From assembly GCF_009914755.1 (NCBI RefSeq), contig NC_060929.1: DNA of 64,000 nucleotides; one strand, given 5' to 3'. A model generated the notes under the pieces. That model was given only the letters and a program-made list of their open reading frames with translations, searched no databases and was not told the DNA's origin. Position 1 is the stretch's first letter. Each line of letters opens with the position of its first letter. Origin of the DNA: the human T2T-CHM13v2.0 reference genome, Homo sapiens. The position numbers and the translations under genes were made by a program. Shown in pieces: positions 1 to 11,540 of this stretch.

Positions 1-204
1 TGTTTTTACCATGTAAAGTGCCTGCTCCTACTTCACCCTCTGCCATGAGTAAAAGCTCTCTGAGGCTTCTCCAGAAGTCGAGCAGATGCCAGCACCATGC
101 TTTCTGTATGGTCTGCAGAACGATGAGCCAATTAAACCTCTTTTATTTATAAATTACCCAGTCTCAGGTATTTCTTTAGAGCAATACAATAATGGCCTAA
201 TACA
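1..204 (+). mobile_element. MST-family (MSTB-like) MaLR LTR, 3' part, cut by window edge; duplicate of 861-1275
   Basis: Ends with the MST-type terminus AAATTACCCAGTCTCAGGTATTTCTT...CTAATACA, followed by GGAGT (205-209), which matches the 5-bp TSD at 856-860. Confidence 0.85.
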
Positions 205-860
205 GGAGTTATGACTAATGTTTTGTTTAACATTGACTCATTGATCTGAAGATCCACGTTGTGATTATATCCTCCAGGCCCTGAATGTATAATTTCAATT
301 AAAGTATTTGGCAGTTAGTTGATACTCCTACTGAGTCCTTGATCTGTATATTACCATAAGGAGTGGCAAGTTCCGAGTGATATTTAAGCTGAGATTGACA
401 CATAGAAAGCTGATAAGATGTTTAACACAAAAAAAGCATGTGTGAGAACAAAATATGTGAGGCCAAAAATGTTCTGCTGAAAATACATAATGAAAAGAAG
501 CAAACATGGATGAACAGGAAGCTAAGGGCAGCCACTCCAATGGAGTCATGATCTTTTCCTCAGTTTCCAAAACTAAGTCAATTTTCAGATCCAGAATGCA
601 CTGATTGAAGTGCCTAGGTTCCCAAGTGAAAGGACTCAGCAATTTCAAAATAATTAAACAGAAAATGGTTTCCCCCAGCCCTTCCCCAAAGGGACTTTCA
701 GCTGTTTACTCAGATGATACCTTAGGTAATAGAGATGCTAGACATATCAAGATCAATTGAACACAAGCTATGAATGAGCATTGATACTTGAAGACCTGAA
801 GCATTATCATGGCTTCCTTATTCAAGTAGAGGCATACAGGAAACAGGTATTTATTGGAGT

Positions 861-1275
861 TAATATAGTTTGGAAACTCATCCCTACTGAAATCTCACGT
901 TGAAATGTAATCCCTGGAGATTGGAGGTGGAGGTGACTGGATCATCACGGTGGATCCCTCATGAATGGCTTGGGCCATCACCTTGGTAATAAGTGAGTTC
1001 TCACTCTGAGTTCACATGAGATCTAGTCATTTAAAAGTGTGTTGTACCTACCCTCCAAGCCTGCTCCTGTTTTTACCATGTGAAGTGCTTGCTCCTACTT
1101 CACCCGCTACCATGAGTAAAATTTTGCTCTCTGAGGCTTCTCCAGAAGTCGAGCAGATGCCAGCACCATGCTTTCTGCATGGTCTGCAGAACCATGAGCC
1201 AGTTAAACCTCTTTTATTTATAAATTACCCAGTCTCAGGTATTTCTTTATAGCAATACAATAATGGCCTAATACA
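861..1275 (+). mobile_element. MST-family (MSTB-like) solo LTR inserted in the ERVL protease region
   Basis: Starts TAATATAGTTTGG...AATCTCACGTTGAAATGTAATCCC and ends CTAATACA. Flanks are GGAGT (856-860) and GAGGT (1276-1280), a degenerate 5-bp TSD. Confidence 0.85.
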
Positions 1276-1850
1276 GAGGTTATGGCTAATGTTTGGTTTA
1301 ACATTGATCCATCGGTCTGAAGATCCACCTTGTGATTACATCCTCCAGGCCCTGAATGTATAATTTCAATTAAAGTATTTGGCAGTTAGATGATACTCCT
1401 ACTGAGTCCTTGATCTGTATATTAAGGGCTTTGAGGAGAATGGAGGAGGCCAAGCTTCAAACACTTCCCCCAGCTTCACCTTGAAAGTAAATGAAAACCA
1501 CTATTGCATCTCTAGAGGGACACAAGATGGCAGTATGTTGTGCTACCTTTAAAGATCTAAATGAGGCAAAACGGTGACTCCTGTCATATTTCTGTTTAAC
1601 CCACTAGTGTGGTCTTAACTGTAAATGAAGGGATCCTGGAGAATGGCCATAGAATACCACAGTTTCAATCACGTCATGGTCTCAATCATAGATGCCATAA
1701 TAAATATGCTTCAGTGGATAAATACGTCTCCAGCTATACAGTATGTGATAATCAATTTGACAAATATAAGTCTAATACGGAAAAATGATCAGAAAGTTTT
1801 CTTATTTCCATGAATTGGACTAATATTTATTTGTTATATATGTTAGTCCT

Positions 1851-1923
1851 TATATATATAATATATACATACGTATATTATACATATGTTTTATATATAC
1901 ATACATATATAATATACATATAT
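1851..1923. repeat. TA-rich microsatellite inside the ERVL RT remnant
   Basis: (TA)n/TACA low-complexity run. Confidence 0.9.
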
Positions 1924-2024
1924 TCAGTTTAACCCAGGGGTCTATTAACTGTCATTTTCTCTGTCATAACAGAGACCCCAAAATATCTGAATTATTTAGC
2001 CATCCCAGAGAACATTGCATTGAC

Positions 2025-2455
2025 TGTTCCTTCATGCATTTCACTATATTACCTTAGGTTATGTATGATGAGGCCAGATACAGATCAAGACAGAGAACTG
2101 AAAAAGTTTACAGGTTTGTTATATTCACAGTTCCTGCAAACAACAAGGGGGAAGAGGCCTCTGAGTAATACTTTATTATGGTTTCTGCAAGAACAAAAGG
2201 ACAAGGCAGGAAAAGTATGTCTAGGATTGGCTAATGTGAATAATTTCAGTAGCATCCGGAGTACAGGGGCTGTCTCTGGTTGTCTGGTATCTGATTCTGC
2301 TGGGGCTATTAGGGCTGATACAGAGTAGCCCACAGTTTGATGGCCCATTGAAGGAAATGGTTGAAGTATAGACTTAGCCACTTAAAAAAGGCAACTTACT
2401 GGCCTTTTGCTAGTGCATCAAACCTGGATCAAGACAGAACACAGAGAACTATGTT
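2025..2455 (-). mobile_element. Old LTR (MER68/MER76-like, ERVL class) interrupting RT just before the YxDD region
   Basis: Contains TAGGATTGGCTAATGTGAATAATTTCAGT...GGGGCTGTCTCTGGTTGTCTGGTA, typical of this LTR group. RT similarity stops at ~2025 and resumes at ~2455. Family name and ends are approximate. Confidence 0.5.
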
Positions 2456-4120
2456 ACATCATGATATCATGATGATCAGATCACGAAGTATAATATGTCT
2501 GTATATATCAGTCATGAGCAGTAGCAAATAATGTGGCTAACTGCACAAGAGCCTGAAATAAAAAGAAATGAAACATCAAAGACAAATAGTTCTTGGATAG
2601 AACCATGTATATGGCTATATGGTGAAAGCACAAAGTGTAAATATGTTTGTATCACATGTTAACTCCCACCAGAAATCATCCATTTTTGGAAGAAGCCTTG
2701 CACAACCAGGAAGACAAAATAATGTCAATTGACATTGTCCTTTCTCCATCTTCATGTGATCCAGAAATGGCATAATGGGTACATGAAAAGAGTAACCACA
2801 ATGGCAGATGGAGGCTACACATGGACCCAACAAGAATGGGCTGCAACATGGGCTGCAAATGTCAAGATCAATCGACCTGTTACATCTTCTGTATCTTTAT
2901 CCTATCAGCAGCAAAGAACAAAGTTGATCCCCCCTTAACGTTACTGTTTCCTGAGGAGTTTACCAAGCCAGATTCTTCTTTACCTGAAGGGGTATTAAGT
3001 TGTCTTCACTGGAGTAAACAATTTTCTGAGTATAAATTTGCCTTTACAGTCCATATACCATCATCCACCCTCAACATTCAGGGTTATTGAGTGATTAACT
3101 CAAATCCCACACAAAATAGTATCTAACCAAACAAACACACTTTACAGTAAAGGAGGTACAGGTGTGAGTCCATAACAATGGAATCCACTGGTTCTACACC
3201 ATAATGCTCCATTCAAATGCAGCTGGATTGATAATGTTGGAATTGCCTGAAGGCAAAGTGGAGACAATACTCAGTGAAGGTGAAGTACCATTCTCCACGA
3301 TTGCTTCAACACTGAATTAGAGCCTATCCTATATACAGTGCTTTTTTTTTTTTTTTTTTTTTTTGAGTAGAAAGAACACAGAAGTCTGATAACCAGTTGG
3401 CAATATTAGTTTGTAGTGAATGCAACTTTGCTATGTCCTTTAGCAGGACCAGTGTTTGGTAGCAAAAGTGGCCTTACTTGCTGTCATTCTCATGTCTGCA
3501 AATAAGGACTCCTCGAGGCTAGAGGGTCTGAACCCTTACTATTGTGCACTCTTGCTAAAGGACATAGCATAGTCACATTCACTACAAACTAGTGTTGCCA
3601 ACTGGACACTTTGTATTCCTTGTGTTTGGGGAACCAAGCAAGAAGAGTAGTCTTCTTTGTGTATGAATAATTGATCCTAATCAGATGGAGGTAGGGCTGC
3701 TGTAACACCATGAGAGCAGGGAGTAAAACGTGTGGGACTGAGGTCATCACTCTGGTGCTTCTTGTTATTCCATTACCATGTGACTGTGACTATGAATGGA
3801 GAAATGTAGCAAAAATAGCCTGAGAAAGGTATGTTTATCAGAGTCTAAACTCTCTAATAGGAATGTTTGAGTCTTACCACCAAGAAGCCAGAGGACCTCA
3901 TAAAGGTGACAAGCCAAAGCCAGCCAATTTAGAATGGATAGTGCCAAGGGAAATAATGAGTACCAGTTGTGACACCAAGAACAATTATAGCAATTGGGAC
4001 TAAATGTATCCTATCAATCTCCCGCTTCGTTTTCATTTAAGAGGTGCTCACTAGAACTCTAGAGGAACTGCTCCCTCTATGTGGATGTAGAAGTTTATTC
4101 ACATGATATAGGAGTGGAAC

Positions 4121-4570
4121 TGTAGCAACCATGGAGATGCACTCCTTGGGGCTTCCTCAAAGTAGGGCAGTTAGCTAACAACCTCAAGACTCAATGCCTT
4201 CAGAAGCTTCCTTAACTTTTGAGATGAGGCCACATTCTTCTCAGGTAGCCCAAGTCAATAAATGACCCCTGTAACTCCACTACAGACATGCTATTTCTCT
4301 CTAATGTAGGACATGTCTGATAGGTGATCATTCTCAAGTGACTCGTTGGGTTGACTTTGTCAGCTCTACATTATGGATTGCTGTTGTAGCTGATCATTCT
4401 TTCTTATTTCACTCTATCTCATGTGTCATACCTGCATCATGGTCTGAAGGATTTCCCTGCCCAATTCTTTGTCTTCTCCTTTTAATCTCTCACTCACATT
4501 ATCCTCCAATACACTGTGCTGACTCAACTCCACTTCAATGTCAGCTTCCCAGAGGACCAACATGACCCAT
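4121..4570 (+). mobile_element. LTR16-like 3' LTR of the ERVL provirus
   Basis: A PPT-like GGAGTGGAAC directly precedes TGTAGCAACCATGG. The end (...TCAGCTTCCCAGAGGACCAACATGAC) resembles LTR16 termini. Confidence 0.65.
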
Positions 4571-6779
4571 CTCCACAAAACTCATAACTTACGGGAAATA
4601 AAGTTTTTCTTAGTCTCAGAGTTAATACACTGTGAAAATGTTGATACTGTGAAATTAGCATTTATCATATCTACAAATATATTGTACGGTTTCTCTGGTA
4701 CGGTAAGTTTTCTCTGGTAAGGAGGGGTAATTTCTCACAAATCATATGATTTGCAATTCTCCAATTTATACCTACACTCCTTTTTTTTTGTGACACAATA
4801 TAAAACAAGAATTCTTTGTAGACAGCAAACTGTATTACATGACCTCCAGTACTAGCACAGTTATTGTAAGTGTTGGCAATAGAAGTTAGATCATAGAGAA
4901 AAAGGGGCTCTTGTATGAATGTGCATCAGAGCATATTTCTGAAATGAATAATCTAAAAGCATTTTAGTGGCAGATTTATGGGAGAGTAATTGAAAACGCT
5001 ACTCTGGAATTAACCTTTACTCCTGCCAAACTTCTATCTCAAGTCATTCTAATTATAAGTGAATGTCTTGCAGACAATTTATCAAGGCTTTGTTACTTCA
5101 ATTTAAAACCAAATTGATTCATCTTGCTCAAAGCACATAGAGTTCCCCAGGAAAAAATAATTTACAAACTGATTCTCCTTAGGGAGGGGATAAATGAAAG
5201 CCAGTAAACTTTCTACTGAGAGAAAAGAATATTTCAATATTTATTTTCTTCTTTCTATTTATTTTTGTAACTGGGCAAAATTTACAATGGAAGAATGTTT
5301 TGAACAATAAAACAGAGTGTATCCAGATGAGATAAAAGAAAGTTCTGTGAAGCAAATTAACATAGCAAACACATTCTTTCTCTATATCCAAATTGCCTTC
5401 CTGCCATGAATTGACGGTTTGAAATTTATAATGGATAAAAACATAGAAAACATATTTATGTGCAAAAACAGTTTTATAGAAAATGCTGGAAGAAGGTTTT
5501 GTATATTGCCTTAAATAGAGTGGCATTTACTTTGGCAACAGCCTAAAATATATCTCTATTTCAGTGCTTTTGTGAAAAACAAGATCTGTAAAGTAAGGAT
5601 TATTAAATATACAGACAGAAAACCCTAGCAAGATTTGCATTTTCCCATAGGTACATATGAAGAGCAAAGTTTTATGATTAGCACAAACACAGTCTTACCT
5701 AGAGAAACTCTATCATACCTGTAATATTATAGACCAACACCAGAATCCTAACCAAAGAAATGAGGGCAATTCACACTTCTATAAAAGGAGTTATGTTCAG
5801 ATACGAAGTGAGATATTTTACAAAGAAGAAGGGCTGTTGATGGACTGGCTGAAAGCCATTTCAGTTTTTGGCATGTAACTTGTAGAAGTAAACCAAGAGG
5901 GGATGAGAATTTCAGTAGAGCCAGACCTCATAACATGTCCAGGTGGCTCAGTCATTGCAGTCCTGATTTAAAGACTACCATCCAATATATTAATAATTCA
6001 AGTTAGACATCTAATGTAGACATTTTTTTTTCTGCCAGGATGAAAATTTGGCAAGGTCATGAAATAAAATGGGTGAAGTTTCTGTTAGAACTTTCTAAAA
6101 TACTACTATTGACCAAGAAAAATGTAAAACAAACAAAAAGACTAAAACCAATTATTTTAATTTTGAAATATTGTCAACAGAAATAAATGACCAAAAATGT
6201 TTTTAATTAATCAAATTATACACTAGGCAGATTATTATTATAGCTTTAGATTTTTATCATATTAAATTATAATACATGTATAACCTTTACAAGTTAGTGT
6301 GGAAGAAGGCATAGGAAATAAAATAATTTTTCAAACCTAAGGTTTTTCTCTATTAACTTTAAGTCTGAAGTGCTGAAATACAGATTTAAATACACTTAAT
6401 CAGATATAACATAGTAGTATTTGAAATATAAAAATAAGAAAGAAAAGCACTGGATAATGAATACTCCATAAAAAATTTATTCTTTTGAGATTGGTTCCTT
6501 TGTTTCAATGTTTGCTATCGAAAGGCATGTTTGCAAATATTGGTAATAAAGTAGAAAACTCAATGCATAAAGTTCTGCTCTTGTGCAGTTCACTGTTTAG
6601 TGAGGAACAGTGCTAAATAAAAAAGCAAAAAGATAACCAAAGGCATGCATTGTAAATCAGATGATAGTTACCAGAGTGGATACTGGAGCAAGGCCCAGGA
6701 CCACAGTCAGAGCAAAATCCCTGAGGTGGGAGATGATAATGTCATAGGAGAACACAAACAAATAAACACACAAACAAAA

Positions 6780-6960
6780 TCTCCCACTGTGAAGAATATT
6801 TGGAAACTGCTAGATTAAACACTAAGTTTGTTCCTTTGTTGTAGGATCTCTTGCAACTTTTGAGATTCTAATATATATTTTAACGCTTCATCAGAAGAGA
6901 GGCATAGAGTAATGTACTCACTTCTCATAATGATCAGTTTTTCTTGATCATCTTACAAGG
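6780..6960. mobile_element. hAT-Charlie MITE fragment (MER119-like)
   Basis: Degenerate resemblance (TTTGGAAACTGCTAGATTAAAC...TTTGTTGTAGGATCTCTT) to a recalled consensus. Confidence 0.35.
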
Positions 6961-8052
6961 CACATTTTCTTCTTAGGAGGAGAATCTTCCTAGTGGCTCT
7001 CAGCTAGTAATTGGTCTCTCGCCAAAGAAAGGGAGGCGAATGAGTTTCTCATGTAGAGGAGGCAAAGAGTGGATTATAAAATGCAGGTGAAATTACATGG
7101 AACTGAGTTTAAGTCACAGATTGTACAATAGGAAGTGATTAAAAAAGAAAAAAGAAAAAATATTAATTCTGCTCTCACAGGTACTGGATAAGAGGCTAGA
7201 CTGTTTAATATTTATTACATGGGTAGTAGGACAAATTCAATAACAATGAAAATAAAAAATTCTAACTTGTTATATTCTTGGTACTAGGAGCTATAGGTTG
7301 ATAAAAATTGCACCTTTTCTTCCCCTCTTGTGTACAGAAATAATTGAGAGATAAGTCACAGAAGTCAGAAAGCATGGAAGCAAAATATCAACTCTACTAC
7401 TGATAGAGACTGGATGAGAGTATACAGCTTCAGTAGGCAATCGCAATGGGTTTTCCGTCACTTCACCCAGAATTAACATACCTAGATAGTCATTAAGAAA
7501 AAAAGCAAGAGATATGTTGGCCACCTCTGCGGGGCAAAGACTGCCCTTAACCATACCACCATATGGCTGAGAACAGATAAAAAACAAAACAAAAATACAT
7601 TCTCTGCAGGCAGAAACATTTAAAAGAATGTCAGAAAGACTGAGCTAAGCTTGTTTTTGTCCTTTCTCTTGAACTCATTGATGAGGTAAGTGGCTTTTCC
7701 TCCTTTGGTGACTGTGAGTCACATCAAGAAAAGTCAGAATGTCCCTCCCTGGTGGTTTCTTGCACTTGACTGTGGCCAAGTGCATGAGCTGACCACCAGG
7801 CAGCCAGCAGTTCACTCAGCAAATCCTTGCTCTGGTAAGACACTCAAAGGGAAATGAAGGCTCTACTGCCACACTCATGAATCAGATAAGCCACCCCTTC
7901 CTTCAAAGAGAGGGAAAAGACATCCACTGTCCCTCAGAGTAGAAATTCGCCCTTTGCTATGACTACATGGAGGCAGAGCAGATATGCTTTGCTCAAAAGT
8001 TGTCTATGGAGCACAAAAAATTGTTTATTTATTTATTTTTTTTGTGACTGAG

Positions 8053-8105
8053 TGTATTATGGTTTTCCAGAGAAGCAGAACCAACAGGAGATCTCTATCA
8101 TCTTT
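8053..8105 (-). mobile_element. MLT2 LTR 3'-terminal fragment
   Basis: TGTATTATGGTTTTCCAGAGAAGCAGAACCAACAGGAGAT matches the reverse MLT2 end, which normally runs into a simple repeat. Confidence 0.7.
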
Positions 8106-8107
8106 CA

Positions 8108-8290
8108 ATTAGATAGAGAGATGACAGATAGATAGATAGATAGACAGATAGATAGATCTCTATCTCTATATCTATAGAGCTCTCTCTCTATATAAACCTA
8201 TATAGAGAGAGATATAGATCTATATAAATCTATATAGAGAGAGATCTCTATGTAAGTATAGATGGCTCTCTATCTCTATCTCTCTATCTT
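8108..8290. repeat. Compound (GATA)n/(TA)n/(TC)n microsatellite with internal palindromes
   Basis: Directly visible: a GATA tract on the left, a TATC/TC tract on the right, and a perfect 14-bp stem at 8181-8212. Confidence 0.9.
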
Positions 8291-8292
8291 AA

Positions 8293-8637
8293 CATCTTTG
8301 AAGACATAATTTGTTAAGTCAAGTTGAGGGGATTAGGGTGAGCCCTAATCCAACATCCTTACATAAGGATTGGCGTCCTTATACAAAGGAAAAATTTTGA
8401 CACAGAAACAGACATGCATAAAGAAAAATGACACAAAGGAGGGAGAAGACGGCCCTTTATAAGCCAAGAAGAGAGGCTTGGAACAGATTGTTTCCTCATA
8501 GCCTCGGAAGGAACCAACACAGTCAAAACCTCAGGTCTGGACATCTAGTCTCTATGACTGCAAAACTATAAATTTCTGTTGTTTAAGCCGCTCAGTTTGT
8601 AGTGCTTTGTTACAGCAGTTCTAGAAAGCTAAAGCAG
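8293..8637 (+). mobile_element. MLT1B-like MaLR LTR, 5' truncated
   Basis: Contains TAGGGTGAGCCCTAATCC...GAAGGAACCAAC...ATAAATTTCTGTTGTTTAAGCC...TTTGTTACAGCAG. Confidence 0.8.
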
Positions 8638-10019
8638 ATGGTAACAACCCAGCTTCTGAGGCTGTAACCAGTCAATGAAATAGCAATTATAGCATTGAAG
8701 CAAAGAGAGATGAGGAATTTTAAAATGATAACAGGGTAGAATTTTCCATGATGACAACAACAACAAAACCAAAATGGAATCAAACTTTCTTTGCCTAAAA
8801 CAGTTTCCCATTGATTTTGCCTAATAACTTTAATGATTAAACCATTCATTTGAAAATTTAATATTTCAATAAGTTTCATTTTCCTTAATATAATTTATTA
8901 AATGGCTAACTAGATCCCTAAACAAAACAAAAACTGTGTTTTGGTTTATGTCAGTTGGTTTTCTTTTATGATTTTCTATATGCTCATTAAAAAAAAAAAA
9001 AAAACCTTTTCAGATAGTGAAAAGTCAGACACACATGAACTGATTTTGCCCTGGGGAGATAGTGGTTCAAATCATAATAACTAATAAGAGGCTTCTTTTG
9101 TGAATCAGTCAAACCATCAGTTTCACAGAACTCTATGATAGTACCTTAGGGTCATGAAGGTGTTGTATCAATAGTTATCTCTGTATTACTCAGGGTTATC
9201 CAGAAAAAGAAAATAAAGGAAGAGCTGTTCTAGGCAACTCATACTTGGGGGATATTAGTGCATTCATAATTAATTCATCAGATATTTATTAAGCATCTAT
9301 TAAATACTTGCTAAACTTTGAGCAATTGACTGTTTTTATCTCCATAGTAAACAAAGAGAATTTTGTCACCAGAGAATGGCCTAGTATTCAAGGAGTCTTA
9401 TAATCACCCTGTGATGAAGGAAGGACACTTTCAAATAGAGAGTAGCAATGTACACACCCAACCTGAATATACTTTCTCCCCTTTGCATGCTGTCAACAGA
9501 ATCATATTCATTGATTATGAAAACTGAATGCTTAGGAGGGCTACAAAAATTTTCCATAGTTGCTAACCTTGCTCAGTTACTTCTCATCACTGAATATAAA
9601 CAGATAACTCAGATTAACAATTTTTAAAGACCTTTGAATATGGCAAAAAAAACCCCACAACAATCAGAACAAAAATAATCCAGAGAAATAAAGAGGTGAT
9701 ATGGAAAACAGAAGAACATGTAACATAAAATGTAATTAATATGAACAAGAGAATTGAAAGCATACCACATCTGTAACTCAATAAAAAAAAGGTTGCCATA
9801 AAAAATAAACATTCAGTAGGCTAGGAGTCTAACAATGTAATTTTGAATTTTCAACAGTGAAACAAACAGTAGCAGCAAAGTGCTAGCAGACGAGCTATGC
9901 CTGATTACTAATGTAATGAACTAAATGCCCAAATCATGAGATAATAATGGAACGGAACACAAAGAAAATGTGAGAGGACATTTAAGACTCGTAGACGAGA
10001 GATGCAAAGGTCTCATTGG

Positions 10020-10375
10020 CTTTTCATTTATCCACTAAATATCCTTGATGACCCTTCTAGATGCCAGACATTATTCTAATGGATCCAAAGAGACAATGAC
10101 TCTTACTCTCAGAAAGTTTATATTGTAATGTGAGTACCCAGACAATTAACAATAGATACACTAAATCACTAAACTACACAGAATGTTAGAGAGTGGAAAG
10201 GAAGCCGAACAGATGAAAGGGATTTGCATATGATAAAATAGAAGGCAGTTTGCATTTTAAATAGGGTAGTGTGATAGGTTTCATTTAAAAGGTGACAAGA
10301 GCGATATTTGAGTAAAATTTATGGTATTGAGAGACTTGAGAGATGTAGCTATGTGGCTATATAAGGATAAATATT
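10020..10375 (-). mobile_element. L2 fragment
   Basis: TTCATTTATCCACTAAATAT...ATGCCAGACATTATTCTA...TTTAAATAGGGTAGT fits the reverse L2 3' region. Confidence 0.55.
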
Positions 10376-10399
10376 TTTTTCCAATTTGATTGAAAGAAT

Positions 10400-10730
10400 A
10401 TATCAAAATAATAATGAGGATATATTTCTTTGAGCTGAGATATAATCTTCTGTTTTAAAAAGTCAGTCTCATATCAAATAGGATCAACAGGAGGAAAACA
10501 AAGCCCATACCCAATTCCACATTGATGATACAGAAAAAAATGAATAAAAAACAAAATTCTGATAACCATGAAAGAAAAATATCAGTTCACTTATAAAGGA
10601 ATATGAATCAGATTTGCATCACAATTCTGCAGCATTGGTTTCTAGGAGATATATGCATAATAAAATCAGTGAGAATGCAAAAAAATCACATGTGCAAATT
10701 ATCAGACTCTTCTAAGAATCAGATATAATA
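10400..10730 (+). mobile_element. Ancient L1 ORF1-like (HAL1/L1M) fragment
   Basis: ~10552-10630 encodes a degenerate KIL...KEK.Q.TYKG..IR.A..F motif of L1 ORF1p. Confidence 0.45.
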
Positions 10731-10760
10731 GCACAAATTAAATACATATATATATATACA

Positions 10761-11045
10761 TTTTGAGACAGTCTTACTGTGTTGCCCAGGATGGACTGCA
10801 GTGGCTCAATTAAAGCTGACTGCAGGCTTAACCTCCTAGGCTCAAACTATCCTCCTGTCTCAGCATCTTGAGTAGCTGAGACTATAGGCCAAGCACACAT
10901 CACCATGCCTAGCTAATTTATTTTTTGTAGAGATGGGATCTTGTTATGTTGCTCAGGTTGGTTGTGAATTCCTGGCATCAAGCAATCCTCCCATCTCAAC
11001 CTCTGCACGTCCTGGAATTATAGGCATGAACCATCGCTCCAGACC
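10761..11045 (-). mobile_element. AluJ
   Basis: Dimeric Alu with J-type diagnostics (AACCTCCTAGGCTCAAACTATCCTCC; TATGTTGCTCAGG). Confidence 0.9.
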
Positions 11046-11199
11046 TAAAGATAATTTTAACACGTGATGGAAGTGAGAAGGTTAAAAACTACAAGTACAT
11101 AAAAAAAGTATATATATATTTATTAATGAAAAACTGACAGGAACTAAAGAATGAACTCATAAAATTTAGGGAATTGTGACAATTAAAGGAATTAGTAAC

Positions 11200-11405
11200 A
11201 CTTCGGTGTAATTCTTGAGTCAAACTCTCCAGGTAATTGGCTCAGCTTTATCACTTACTAGCTGTATAAACACTATATCCTTTTGTGCATCTGTTTTCTT
11301 ATTTACAGATGAGAATAATAATAGTCCATGAGAATTGGTGTGTGCATTAAGTTAGATAATATATGTAAGGCAATTAGGATAGTGTCTGTTGAACTATATG
11401 TGCTA
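11200..11405 (+). mobile_element. MIR
   Basis: MIR core CACTTACTAGCTGT...CATCTGTTTTCTTATTTACAGATGAGAATAATAATAGT. Confidence 0.75.
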
Positions 11406-11424
11406 TGTGTGTGAATGCTCTGTC

Positions 11425-11540
11425 TTCTATTCTCCTTCATTCTTCTGTTCCATCCTTTTCTTCCTTCTCGTGCTTCTCTTCCTTCTCTAACTGTCTTTCA
11501 TACCTCTTTTGCTTTCCTTCTCCTTCTCCTTTTTCTTGGC
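11425..11540. repeat. CT-rich low-complexity tract
   Basis: Polypyrimidine run directly visible. Confidence 0.8.

Larger units (their letters stand above)
205..4120 (+). mobile_element. Decayed ERVL-class (HERV16/ERV3-16A3-like) internal region: gag end, protease, RT, RNase H, integrase, dUTPase-like
   Basis: The ORF at 1625-1813 (GSWRMAIEYHSFNHVMVSIIDAIINMLQWINTSP) resembles HERV-L RT (GSWRMTVDYRKLNQV...EQINTSP). Other remnants are PQG-x-IN at ~1933, FVSHVNSHQ (RNase H) at ~2645, an integrase IPH..HFT.KEV..GIHW..AAGLI tract at ~3105-3240, and dUTPase-like LP.GHF..IDP at ~3595-3680. All frames are broken by stops and frameshifts. Confidence 0.8.

Noticed and set aside
1-1275. Two MST LTRs read as a two-LTR MST provirus
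   Set aside because: The intervening DNA is ERVL gag/pro, not MST-int, and the similarity extends past the LTR end, so this is a tandem duplication.
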